NCBI GenBank assembly: GCA_963668695.2
Contig: CAXXLQ010000004.1
Coordinates: forward strand, 96,001-160,000
Length of the DNA stretch: 64,000 bases
From: Vicinamibacteria bacterium
GTDB lineage: Bacteria; Acidobacteriota; Vicinamibacteria; Marinacidobacterales; Marinacidobacteraceae
Direction of reading: 5' to 3'
A program made the translations under genes and the position numbers. Numbering within the stretch: position 1 is the stretch's first letter; the number at the start of each line of letters is the position of its first letter. The notes below the pieces were generated by a model. The model saw only the letters and a list, made by a program, of their open reading frames with translations, searched no databases and was not told the DNA's origin. Shown in pieces: positions 20,263 to 29,512 of this stretch.

Positions 20263-21537
20263 CCAGGGCTGTCCGGACCGGACGAACGGCGGATCAACCA
20301 GGGGGGCCACAAAGGCGGCAGCGATGAAGTCAATGTCTTCCTCGCGGAGGAGGGCCGGGTCCCAGGTGATCGTGACCACGGTCTGGTCGGCCTGGGACAT
20401 GGCGGCGAAGTAGAGCGGATGCTGCCGGTGGAGGCAGGCGATCACCTCCATGCCCGAAACGTCCTGGAGCACCGGCTCGTCGTCACCGGGCCAGTGCTCG
20501 AGGTGCGTGAACCCGGCGGTGCCGAAGTCCGCCCACGACCGGTAGATCCATCGGCGGAGCAGGGGGGCCGCGAAAGGAAACAGCGAAGCGGGAACTGGCA
20601 GAGAGGGAACTGCCCACTCTCCCGCCCGTTTCTTCCGGTACACCATCCGGCGAACCGAGCGGCAGCGCTCCAGAAAGGCCCGGCTCTTCACGGCAGAAAC
20701 CGGCTCGCGGTGAACCCGGATCCGCGACGCACCGTTCCCGAAGCCTCGGAGGCGATCCTCCCGCACGTTCACCGGCACCCAAAGCCCGATTCGATTCCCG
20801 GACAGCCCCTGATGCTCGTTCCAGGCCGCCAGCGCGTCGAGCGCCGCCGCCAGCAGGCAGTCGTTCCAGCGGAATCCACCGACCGTTTTGGACAGGGAGG
20901 CGAGAGGCTCGCGGGGCACGGACACCGTACGCCAGCAGCGGCTCGCCGAAGCAGGCCCGGGACGCGTCGCGAGCGCGGCCGAGGTTCCGGAATCCGGGTT
21001 GCGACGGGCGCCCTTCGGCGCCTCCAGCAGTTTGAGCGATCCGGTCTGGGGGCGCGGGGTCATGGTGTCCAGGCCGCGCGCCATCCGTAGCTGCCGCTGC
21101 ACGAACAGCAGCGTGCCGATCAGGTCCGCGGCGGCATGGTGCACCTGGGTGACGAGACTCCAGGAGGGAGGGTCTCCGGTGCCGAGCAGCATTTGCCTGA
21201 GCGGTGGCCCCTCCTCGAGGGGAAAGGGAATCTCGAGAAACTCCTGGATCCGGGCGACGCGCTCCCCCTCCGGAAAAACCCGGATCGCCAGGGATGGCGA
21301 AGCGCCGGGCCGCGGCTCCCACATCGGTACATCGAACGGCGGCCGGCAGAGCCGGCTCGTGGACACCGGGAACAACTCCCCAGCGCCCTGAGTCCCGGCG
21401 TACAGCGGCCCGAAGTCCGTCACCGCATGCGACGACCGGCCCAGATCGAGCACCAGGGCGTAGTCCAGGGGCCGCTCCGGCGAGTCCGCGAGCAGACACG
21501 CCAGGTCGGGCGTGGCGAGCGGGATGCGTCCGGTCAG
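20239..21537 (-). CDS. Stand-alone condensation-domain / CoA-dependent acyltransferase-like protein
   Basis: HHAAAD (HHxxxD) motif, WNDCLLAA and VPVNVR...FGN features of the C-domain/PapA5/WS-DGAT fold. Start uncertain; CTG 21537 overlaps the desaturase stop. Confidence 0.7.
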   Translation of the reverse strand: MTGRIPLATPDLACLLADSPERPLDYALVLDLGRSSHAVTDFGPLYAGTQGAGELFPVSTSRLCRPPFDVPMWEPRPGASPSLAIRVFPEGERVARIQEFLEIPFPLEEGPPLRQMLLGTGDPPSWSLVTQVHHAAADLIGTLLFVQRQLRMARGLDTMTPRPQTGSLKLLEAPKGARRNPDSGTSAALATRPGPASASRCWRTVSVPREPLASLSKTVGGFRWNDCLLAAALDALAAWNEHQGLSGNRIGLWVPVNVREDRLRGFGNGASRIRVHREPVSAVKSRAFLERCRSVRRMVYRKKRAGEWAVPSLPVPASLFPFAAPLLRRWIYRSWADFGTAGFTHLEHWPGDDEPVLQDVSGMEVIACLHRQHPLYFAAMSQADQTVVTITWDPALLREEDIDFIAAAFVAPLVDPPFVRSGQPWVPVVRAR

Positions 21538-22394
21538 ACGGCTTCCGGCGGCGCTTCGCGCCAGATGTCGCGGCGCGGAATCCGGCGCCGCTCGGGGTCG
21601 CGCTCGACAAGCTGGTGAAGCTCGACCCAGGCGAGATGCGGCCTCAGGTGGTGTTCTCGGTGCATGGACAGTCCGGAGGAAAACCAATACGCCAATCGGC
21701 CGAAGTAGTTGTGGGAGCGCGCCGCGGGATCACCGGTGGAATAGCCCTCATGGGTGAGATGGGCGAAAGGAATCCAGAGCACGAGCGACACGAGTACGCA
21801 GACCGGCAGGGTCCCCGACACCACCCGCCAAGGACCCACCAGCATGGCCACCAGAAGATAACAGGCCGCGATGGCCAGATAGTTCACCGCCAGATCGCGT
21901 CCATGGCCCGGAGGCAGTCCGCCGCGGCGGCGAATCCAGAAGAACCATTGGTGCGGCATCGCCACCGCCCGGAAGGGAAGCTGCCACTTATGGGGAGTGT
22001 CCAGGAACAGGTCCGGATCCTTCCCCGGCTCGTTGGTGTGGCGGTGGTGCTGGAGATGGGTGCCCCGGAAGTTCGTGAACGGAACGAGACAGGGCAAAAG
22101 AGCCAGCCGGCCCCAGAAGGCATTGGTTTTCCGCGACCGGCCGAGGAGGCCGTGGACGCCTTCGTGGGCCATTACGGTGCCGATGAAGGCCAGCCAGCTC
22201 CGGAACAGGATGTCCGCCGTCCAACCCCACCAGGTGGTGGGAACCACCAGCAACCCGGCGAAGCTCAACGCCAGGAGCGACACGATCACCGTGCGGCTGA
22301 GCAGGTGGACCCGGCGGACCGGCCAGCGACGAAGTCCGGCCGGAACGGAGGGAGAATGGACACCGGAAACCTCTTCGGACCGGTTTCGATTCAT
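21534..22394 (-). CDS. Membrane fatty acid desaturase family protein
   Basis: Three His boxes HEGVH, HLQHH and HREHH with TM segments. ATG 22394 (alternative GTG 22400). Confidence 0.88.
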   Translation of the reverse strand: MNRNRSEEVSGVHSPSVPAGLRRWPVRRVHLLSRTVIVSLLALSFAGLLVVPTTWWGWTADILFRSWLAFIGTVMAHEGVHGLLGRSRKTNAFWGRLALLPCLVPFTNFRGTHLQHHRHTNEPGKDPDLFLDTPHKWQLPFRAVAMPHQWFFWIRRRGGLPPGHGRDLAVNYLAIAACYLLVAMLVGPWRVVSGTLPVCVLVSLVLWIPFAHLTHEGYSTGDPAARSHNYFGRLAYWFSSGLSMHREHHLRPHLAWVELHQLVERDPERRRIPRRDIWREAPPEAV

Positions 22395-22430
22395 GGCCAC
22401 CTGCTACACCCCTTCCGATCTTGACTCTAG

Positions 22431-22628
22431 CAGCCTGTGGACAAGGTCACGCGGCGTTCGGCTGGCGATGCATCCCGGCTGAACCGCGCCTCTGTGAGGC
22501 GCTCATCGTTGCGCTTCGGTCGAAATACACCAGGTATTCCTCCCGCGCGCGCCTTGTCAGCCGGGCGCCTCGCCCCCACTGGGAGAACTGGCCAGCCTCG
22601 GCGCTCACGCCACTTTGTCCACAGGCTA
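22431..22628. mobile_element. MITE with perfect CTAG duplication
   Basis: CTAG|CAGCCTGTGGACAAGG...CTTTGTCCACAGGCTA|CTAG. Confidence 0.9.
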
Positions 22629-22712
22629 CTAGCATTCGCCATACCTCGAGACGGACCGCCGGCAGCCTGCGCGCCAGCGGCCGAATTCCTGGAAGAAGGA
22701 GGGAAGCGCTCC

Positions 22713-25700
22713 ATGCCCCCAGCACACTTTGACATCGGCTCCGCACCCGTGACCGGCGGGCGCCGGAAACGCGCGGCGTTGCTCGCCGCCGCCCTCCTGC
22801 TGGCCGCCGGTTTCGCCGCCGGCCAAACCGCGGATCCGGATACCGGGCCGGTTGCCACCGCGATCGAGGGACTGAAGCTCCGCGGGATCGGCCCCGCCCT
22901 GATGGGAGGCCGGATCGCCGACATCGCCGTGCACCCGCAGCGGCGCTCCACCTGGTACGTGGTGGTGGGTTCCGGCGGGCTCTGGAAGACCGAAAACAGC
23001 GGCACCACCTGGAAGCCGGTCTTCGACGAATACCCCTCCTACTCCATCGGCACCGTAGCCCTCGATCCTTCGAACCCGGAAGTCGTGTGGATCGGCACCG
23101 GAGAGAACGTGAGCGGACGCCACGTCGGCTGGGGCGACGGGGTGTATCGCAGCCGTAACGGCGGCGCCTCCTGGGAGCAGGTGGGCCTCGCCGGCTCGCA
23201 GCACATCGGCAAGATCCTGGTGGATCCGCGGGATGGGGACACCGTCCTGGTGGCCGCCGAGGGGCCGCTGTGGAACGGAGGGGGCGAACGCGGCGTGTAC
23301 CGGACCGAGGACGGCGGCGCCACCTGGACCCGCACGCTCGATCTCGGCCCCGACACCGGCGCGACCGATCTGGAGTTCGCTCCGGGCGACCCGGACACCG
23401 TCTATGCCGCGGCCTACCAGCGCCGGCGCCACGTGTGGTCGTTCCTGGCCGGAGGACCCGGCTCCGGGATCCACAAGTCCGACGACGGCGGCCGGACGTT
23501 CCGAAAGATCACGAAGGGCCTGCCGAAGGGCGACGTCGGGAAGATCGGCCTCGCGGTGACCCCGGCGGATCCCGGGCTCGTCTACGCGACCATCGAGGCC
23601 GACGAGGAGGAACGCGGCTTCTACCGCTCCGGGGACCGGGGCGAGAGCTGGGAGCGGCGCAGTCCCTACGTGTCGGGAGGCACCGGGCCGCACTACTACC
23701 AGGAGATCGAAGCGTCTCCGGCCGACCCGGACCTCGTGTACCAGATGGACGTCTTCTTCCACGTGACCCGGGACGGCGGCAAGACCTTCGACTACCTCGG
23801 CACCGGACGCGAAAAGCACAGCGACAACCACGCGATCTGGATCGATCCCGACGACCCCGGCCACCTGCTCGGCGGCACCGACTCGGGGCTTTACGAAACG
23901 TTCGACGAGGGAGTGACCTGGCGGCACTTCCCGAACATGCCCGTCTCCCAGTTCTACAAGGTGGCGCTCAGTAACGCCGAACCCTTCTACGACCTCCTCG
24001 GGGGGGCGCAGGACCTCGGGTCGGTGCACGGTCCTTCGCGCACCCAGAACAGGGAAGGGGTCCGGAACCGCGACTGGTACGTGCCGCTCGGGGCGGACGG
24101 CTACGGCGTGCAGATCGATCCGCGCGACCCGAACATCCTCTATCTGATGACCCAGCAGGGGAATCTCTATCGCGCCGACCGGCGGAGCGAGGAGACGCTG
24201 CACATCCAGCCGCTGGCCGCCCCCGGCGAACCACCGGAACGCTGGAACTGGGACTCCCCGATCCTGATCAGCCCGCACGACGCGGACCGGCTGTACTTCG
24301 GGTCGCAGCGAGTGTGGCGGAGTGAGAACCGGGGCCAGTCGTGGACCGCGGTCAGCGGGGACCTGACCACCGGCCGGAACCGCTACGAGCTCCCCTTCTA
24401 CGACCGGATCTGGAGCGTGGACGCCCTGCACGACACGGCGGCCATGTCCCGCTACGCGACGCTGACCGCGATCTCCGAGTCGCCGGTGGCGGAGGGCGTG
24501 CTCTTTACCGGAAGCGACGACGGACTGGTCCACGTCAGCACCGACGGCGGGGCGAACTGGAGCCGGGCGGCGGCGCTTCCGGAACTCCCGGCCCTCGCCT
24601 TCGTCAACGACGTCGAGGCGTCCCAGCACGACCCGGACACCGTGTTCGTGGTGGCCGACAACCACAAGATGGGCGACTTCCGGACGTATCTGTTCCGCAG
24701 CCGGGACCGCGGGGCGTCTTGGGAGTCCATCGCCGGGGACCTGCCCGACGGGACCATCGTCTGGGCCATCCAGCAGGATCACCGGGACCCGGACCTGCTG
24801 TTCCTGGCAGCCGAGTACGGGCTCCACGTCTCGTGGAACGGCGGGACGAACTGGGTGAAGCTGAAGGGCGCCCCGACGATTTCGTTCCGCGACGTGAAGG
24901 TGCAGCGGCGGGATGACGACCTGGTCGGCGCCACCTTCGGTCGGGGGTTTTACGTCCTGGACGACTACGCGCCGCTCCGGGAAATGGCCGCCGCGGTCCG
25001 CGCCGGCGAATCCACGCTCTTCCCGCTGCGCGACGCCTGGTGGTACGTGCCGTCGGTTCCGGCCCAGGCCCCGGGCCGTCCCACCCAGGGAAGCACCGCC
25101 TTCGTGGCGGACAACCCGCCGTTCGGCGCGGTGCTGACCTACTACCTCGCCGAGGACCTGAAGACGGCGAAGGAGGAGCGGCAGGCCGGCGAGAAGGAAG
25201 CGCGGGAGAGCGGCGCCGACATCCCCTTCCCCGGATTCGACACGCTCCGGATCGAGGAACTGGAAGAGGATCCCGCGGTGTTCGTGGTGATCCGGGACGC
25301 GAACGGAGCGCCGGTCCGGCGGGTCGCCGGATCCCCGAAGAAGGGCGTCCACCGGGTGGCCTGGGACCTCCGGGGCCCGGCGCCCAACCCGATCACCTTC
25401 CAGGAGCCGGGGTTCACCCCTCCCTGGGTGCGCCCGCCCCAGGGACCGCTCAGGGCGCCGGGCGAGTACTCCGCGCAGCTCGTCGCGGTGACCCGTGACG
25501 GCGCCCGCAACCTCGGGGAACCGCAGCGCTTCCGGGTCAAGCCCGTGCCGAACCTCCCCGAGGGCACCGATCCGGCGGCGGTGGCCGCCTTCCAGCAGGA
25601 GACGGCCAGCCTGCTCCGAGCGATCCACGGGGCCGCGGCCGAGGCCGGCCGGGTCCGGGAGCGGATCCGCCACCTGCGGGCGGCCCTCAAGGAAACCCCC

Positions 25701-26036
25701 CAGGCGGACGAAGCGCTCTTCGGGCGGATGGACGCCGTCCTCAGGACGCTCTCGGACCTGGAAGTCCGGCTGAACGGCGACCCCGCTCGCGGTTCGCGGA
25801 ACCACCCGGCGGCGCCCTCCATCCGGGAGCGGGTCGGGGGCATCGCGGGCGGCCACTGGGACACCCGCCAGACGCCCACCGAGACCCAGCGCGAAAGCCT
25901 CCGCATCGCGGCCGGGGAGTTCGAAGGACTGCGGGGCGAGTTGCGGTCGCTCGTCGACGAGGACCTGGCCGGGCTCGAAGCGGACCTCGAAGCCGCCGGG
26001 GCTCCGTGGACCCCGGGGAGGAAGATCCCGAGATAG
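22713..26036 (+). CDS. VPS10/sortilin-like BNR (Asp-box) repeat exported protein, putative glycosyl hydrolase
   Basis: Signal peptide, LRGIGPALMGGRI, many SxDxGxTW Asp-boxes, C-terminal coiled coil; GGAGG RBS before ATG 22713. Confidence 0.85.
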   Translation: MPPAHFDIGSAPVTGGRRKRAALLAAALLLAAGFAAGQTADPDTGPVATAIEGLKLRGIGPALMGGRIADIAVHPQRRSTWYVVVGSGGLWKTENSGTTWKPVFDEYPSYSIGTVALDPSNPEVVWIGTGENVSGRHVGWGDGVYRSRNGGASWEQVGLAGSQHIGKILVDPRDGDTVLVAAEGPLWNGGGERGVYRTEDGGATWTRTLDLGPDTGATDLEFAPGDPDTVYAAAYQRRRHVWSFLAGGPGSGIHKSDDGGRTFRKITKGLPKGDVGKIGLAVTPADPGLVYATIEADEEERGFYRSGDRGESWERRSPYVSGGTGPHYYQEIEASPADPDLVYQMDVFFHVTRDGGKTFDYLGTGREKHSDNHAIWIDPDDPGHLLGGTDSGLYETFDEGVTWRHFPNMPVSQFYKVALSNAEPFYDLLGGAQDLGSVHGPSRTQNREGVRNRDWYVPLGADGYGVQIDPRDPNILYLMTQQGNLYRADRRSEETLHIQPLAAPGEPPERWNWDSPILISPHDADRLYFGSQRVWRSENRGQSWTAVSGDLTTGRNRYELPFYDRIWSVDALHDTAAMSRYATLTAISESPVAEGVLFTGSDDGLVHVSTDGGANWSRAAALPELPALAFVNDVEASQHDPDTVFVVADNHKMGDFRTYLFRSRDRGASWESIAGDLPDGTIVWAIQQDHRDPDLLFLAAEYGLHVSWNGGTNWVKLKGAPTISFRDVKVQRRDDDLVGATFGRGFYVLDDYAPLREMAAAVRAGESTLFPLRDAWWYVPSVPAQAPGRPTQGSTAFVADNPPFGAVLTYYLAEDLKTAKEERQAGEKEARESGADIPFPGFDTLRIEELEEDPAVFVVIRDANGAPVRRVAGSPKKGVHRVAWDLRGPAPNPITFQEPGFTPPWVRPPQGPLRAPGEYSAQLVAVTRDGARNLGEPQRFRVKPVPNLPEGTDPAAVAAFQQETASLLRAIHGAAAEAGRVRERIRHLRAALKETPQADEALFGRMDAVLRTLSDLEVRLNGDPARGSRNHPAAPSIRERVGGIAGGHWDTRQTPTETQRESLRIAAGEFEGLRGELRSLVDEDLAGLEADLEAAGAPWTPGRKIPR

Positions 26037-27461
26037 GAACTCCACGCTCTGGCGGGGTCTGTTGCGGGGACTCCACGCTGGAGCGGGGCCGGCGGACGGG
26101 AACTCCACGCCGGAGCCGCGAAGCTCCACGCTGGAGCGGGGCCGGCGGGCGGGAACTCCACGCTGGAGCCGCCGAACTCCACGCTGTAGTGGGATCTGCC
26201 GGCGGGAACTCCACGCTGGAGCCGCCGAACTCCACGCTGGAGTGGGATCTGCTGGCGGGAACTCCACGCTGGAGCCGCCGAACTCCACGCTGGAGCAGGA
26301 TCTGTTGGCGGGAACTCCACGCTGGAGCCGCCGAACTCCACGCTGGAGCGGGATCTGCCGGCGGGAACTCCACGCTGGAGCCGCCGAACTCCACGCTGGA
26401 GCAGGATCTGCCAGCGGGAACTCCACGCTGGAGCCGCCGAACTCCACGCTGGAGCAGGATCTGTTGGCGAGAACTCCACGCTGGAGCCGCCGAACTCCAC
26501 GCTGGAGCAGGGATCTGTTGGCGGGAACTCCACGCTGGAGCCGCCGAACTCCACGCTGTGAGCGGGATCTGCTGGTGGGAACTCCACGCTGGAGCCGACG
26601 AACTCCACGCTGTAGCAGGATCTGCTGGCGGGAACTCCACGCTGGAGCCGCCGAACTCCACGCTGGAGCAGGATCTGTTGGCGGGAACTCCACGCTGGAG
26701 CCGCCGAACTCCACGCTGTAGCGGCATCTGTCGGCGGGAACTCCACGCTGGAGCCGCCGAACTCCACGCTGGAGCGGGATCTGCTCGGCGGGAACTCCAC
26801 GCTGGAGCCGCCGAACTCCACGCTGGAGCAGGATCTGTTGGCGGGAACTCCACGCTGGAGCCGCCGAACTCCACGCTGGAGCGGGTCTGCTGGCGGGAAC
26901 TCCACGCTGGAGCCGCCGAACTCCACGCTGGAGCGGGATCTGTTGGCGGGAACTCCACGCTGGAGCCGCCGAACTCCACGCTGGAGCGGGGTCTGTCGGC
27001 GGGAACTCCACGCTGTAGCCGCGGAACTCCACGCTGTAGCGGGATCTGTTGGCGGGAACTCCACGCTGGAGCCGCCGAACTCCACGCTGGAGCGGGATCT
27101 GTTGGGGAACTCCACGCTGGAGCCGCCGAACTCCACGCTGGAGCGGGGTCTGCTGGTGGGAACTCCACGCTGGAGCCGCGGAACTCCACGCTGGAGCGGG
27201 ATCTGTTGGCGGGAACTCCACGCTGGAGCCGCCGAACTCCACGCTGGAGCAGGATCTGTTGGCGGGAACTCCACGCTGGAGCCGCCGAACTCCACGCTGG
27301 AGCGGGGCCGGCGGACGGAACTCCACGCTGGAGGGGGTTCGGCGGATGGGGACTCCACGCTGGAGGAGGTGGAACTCCACGCTGGAGCCGCGAAGCTCCA
27401 CGCTGAAGCGGGTTCGGCGGGCGGGAACTCCACGCTGGAGCCGCGAAGCTCCACGCTGGAG
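26037..27461. repeat. Tandem array of ~54 GAACTCCACGCTGGAG cores in a ~53-bp dimeric unit
   Basis: Cores alternate with a 5-bp linker (CCGCC) and a ~16-bp linker (CRGGATCTGYYGGCGG). The array starts immediately after the TAG stop at 26036. Confidence 0.95.
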
Positions 27462-27646
27462 GAGGTTCCGCGGGCGGCGACAGGACTGTCAGAAATTCCG
27501 TGTGTAGGCCGGTGACTCTGGAAACTGCGTTCGGTTTGCTTCCCGGAATTGTATGACCGGGCCGATGGGGATTTGGCCGGCGCGCCCGAGGGGGCCGGCG
27601 CGGAGCGGGTAGGGACGCCCGATGCGCGTGAAGCGCGTGGTTGCGC

Positions 27647-28372
27647 CTAACGGACCGCCCGCGAGTACCACCCGCCCCACGCCGCCTTCCACCGCCGGAA
27701 TACCGCGATGAAGAGCGGGTTGGTCCAGATCAGGATCTTCCACAGCGGCCACTGGTCGAAGCGGCGGCACGAGGGCCGGACGGGCGGTTCTCGGATCCGC
27801 CGGATTCGCCGTCCGGTCTTCCGCCCGAGCCGCCCGAGACGCCAGACGAAGTCCACGTCTTCGCCGATCCACGTCCGCTCGTCGTATCCACCCACCTGTT
27901 CGAAGGCGTCCCGGCGAGCGAACTGCGCGGCCCCCAGCACCATCCCCGTGAGCCGGACGAGAAGCCACCAGGCGCCCAGGTAGAGCCTCACCGAGAGGCG
28001 CCGCGCCCGCCAGGTTGTCTCCACGCCTCCCCCGATGCACGCCGGATCGCTCATCGCCTCGTGGATCCGGATCAGGAACTCCGGCGGGACGATCACGTCC
28101 GCATCCACAAAGACCAGCACGTCCCCGCTCGCCCGGCGCGCCCCGGCGTTCCGGGCCCGGGCGATGACCTGCACCGGCTCGTGGACCACCGTGGCGCCCC
28201 GCTCGCGGGCAATCGACGCGGTCCGGTCGCGGCTGTTGTTGTCCACGACGATCGTTTCAACTTCTGCGCCGGCCTGGGCCCACAGCGCCTCCGCGGCAAT
28301 CCGGAGCGAGTCGAGCGTCGGCCCCAGGTACGCCTCCTCGTTGAAGGCGGGGACGACAACGGAGAACTTCAC
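27647..28372 (-). CDS. Glycosyltransferase family 2
   Basis: FSVVVPAFNEE, VVDNNSRD, ARNAGA, FVDAD and GEDVD motifs; GTG 28372 chosen as start. Confidence 0.9.
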   Translation of the reverse strand: MKFSVVVPAFNEEAYLGPTLDSLRIAAEALWAQAGAEVETIVVDNNSRDRTASIARERGATVVHEPVQVIARARNAGARRASGDVLVFVDADVIVPPEFLIRIHEAMSDPACIGGGVETTWRARRLSVRLYLGAWWLLVRLTGMVLGAAQFARRDAFEQVGGYDERTWIGEDVDFVWRLGRLGRKTGRRIRRIREPPVRPSCRRFDQWPLWKILIWTNPLFIAVFRRWKAAWGGWYSRAVR

Positions 28373-28472
28373 TAAGCTCGGATCAGCGCCCTCCGGTGTA
28401 CGAATCAATCACCACGTCAGCGATTTCATTCACGTGGTGAATAGCTGGGAACTCCAGGTCGCACCGGGCAAT

Positions 28473-28532
28473 CCTGCTCCACCCTGGCCTGCTCCACCCT
28501 GGCCTGCTCCACCCTGGCCTGCTCCACCCTGG
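28473..28532. repeat. 15-bp perfect tandem repeat CCTGCTCCACCCTGG x4
   Basis: Read directly; lies just downstream of the parE stop. Confidence 0.9.
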
Positions 28533-28543
28533 AATCGGTCCCG

Positions 28544-28834
28544 TCAGACATGGCGCTGGGCATCCATTTTGGCGTGCAGAACCCGAACGATGACCAGACC
28601 CTCGGACCCCGGCAGATAGAACACGACATGCGAACGAAACTCGTACCGCCGCAACCCCGGTGCAAGGGATTCGGCACTTCGGCCTAGTCCGAGGTTGCCG
28701 ACCAAACGCTCACAGCACGCATGGAGCCCGTCGAAGTAGCTGCGCGCCTGTTCGAGTCCGAAGCGTCCCGCGGTGTATTCGAAAATCCCATCCAGGTCTG
28801 CCGCCGCGCGACGCGTCAGCCTATAGGCGGCCAT
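28544..28834 (-). CDS. parE: Type II toxin, ParE/RelE family
   Basis: YRLTRRAAADLDGIFEYT...FGLEQA...HVVFY...IVRVLHAKMD; overlaps the antitoxin gene. Confidence 0.88.
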   Translation of the reverse strand: MAAYRLTRRAAADLDGIFEYTAGRFGLEQARSYFDGLHACCERLVGNLGLGRSAESLAPGLRRYEFRSHVVFYLPGSEGLVIVRVLHAKMDAQRHV

Positions 28835-29078
28835 CACGCCGAAGCCGCGCTTCGCCTTCCTCAGCAATCTGCGAGATCGTCCGATCGCTCATCCCGCTTT
28901 CCAGCCCTTCCTGGATCGCCGCCTGGAGGACATGGAATGAGGCATCACTCTCGCGGTCGCGCCGGATCAGGTCGCGGATGTATTCGCTGTCGTTGGTGAA
29001 GCGACCGGCCGCGATCTGGGTCTTCACCCACTGATCCTGTTGACTGGTCAGTGTGATGGTCTTCCGGACTGTGGGCAT
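28821..29078 (-). CDS. parD: Type II antitoxin, ParD (ribbon-helix-helix) family
   Basis: TITLT...GRFTNDSEYIRDLIR...AIQEGLESG motif. Confidence 0.88.
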   Translation of the reverse strand: MPTVRKTITLTSQQDQWVKTQIAAGRFTNDSEYIRDLIRRDRESDASFHVLQAAIQEGLESGMSDRTISQIAEEGEARLRRDGRL

Positions 29079-29122
29079 GTACGAGGTCTCCCGAGATTCG
29101 CAGTGGCTATTCCAAGAAGCGC

Positions 29123-29139
29123 ATTATCGCACCGATAAT
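29123..29139. promoter_or_regulatory. Perfect 7-3-7 inverted repeat ATTATCG-cac-CGATAAT, probable parDE operator and -10 region
   Basis: AT-rich palindrome 45 bp upstream of the parD ATG; contains GATAAT on the minus strand. Confidence 0.55.
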
Positions 29140-29512
29140 CATCATTTTCATGTCGAAATCGGATCGGGCCGGGGATGAAGTACGCAACGACACTATAGGC
29201 CTCGCCCGCCTCCGGCGGGCGAGGCCGGCCTCCACCGGGAGAAACGCCCATGATCGGGTCCTCCCGTACACCCCGCCTGGTACGAAAAAGGTGGAGCGGC
29301 ACTCACATTGGCAGAGCCCGGCATCATCGGCGCTGGTTTCGCGCTCCCGCGCGATGCCGGCCCCCACCGGGAGAACTGGCCGGAGGTCGGCGTTCCCGTG
29401 CCTGCGCGCCATCCGCTCTTTCGGGGGCCCGGCGCGACTGGATTTTCACAGCAACTGGCCGGCGGTCCCGTGCCCACGCGCCTCCCCGACAGGCGCCGCG
29501 CCCTCCAGGCCG

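Noticed and set aside
18390-21687. Ancestral fusion of the condensation-like and GH3 genes
   Set aside because: Removing the MITE plus target duplication gives an ATGA stop/start overlap, not an in-frame fusion.
26037-27461. CRISPR array
   Set aside because: Linkers are only 5 and ~16 bp and are near-identical rather than unique spacers; the core is 16 bp; no cas genes in the window.
22629-27515. Long repeat-rich ORFs (1590, 770, 482 and 466 aa) across the array
   Set aside because: The 53-bp unit is not a multiple of 3, so all frames cycle through the same peptides; the rest is antisense shadow of the VPS10-like gene.
29107-29412. RAYT (REP-associated transposase) remnant suggested by FFVPGGVY
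   Set aside because: The peptide is not conserved in the second repeat copy at ~58528 and no HUH motif follows.
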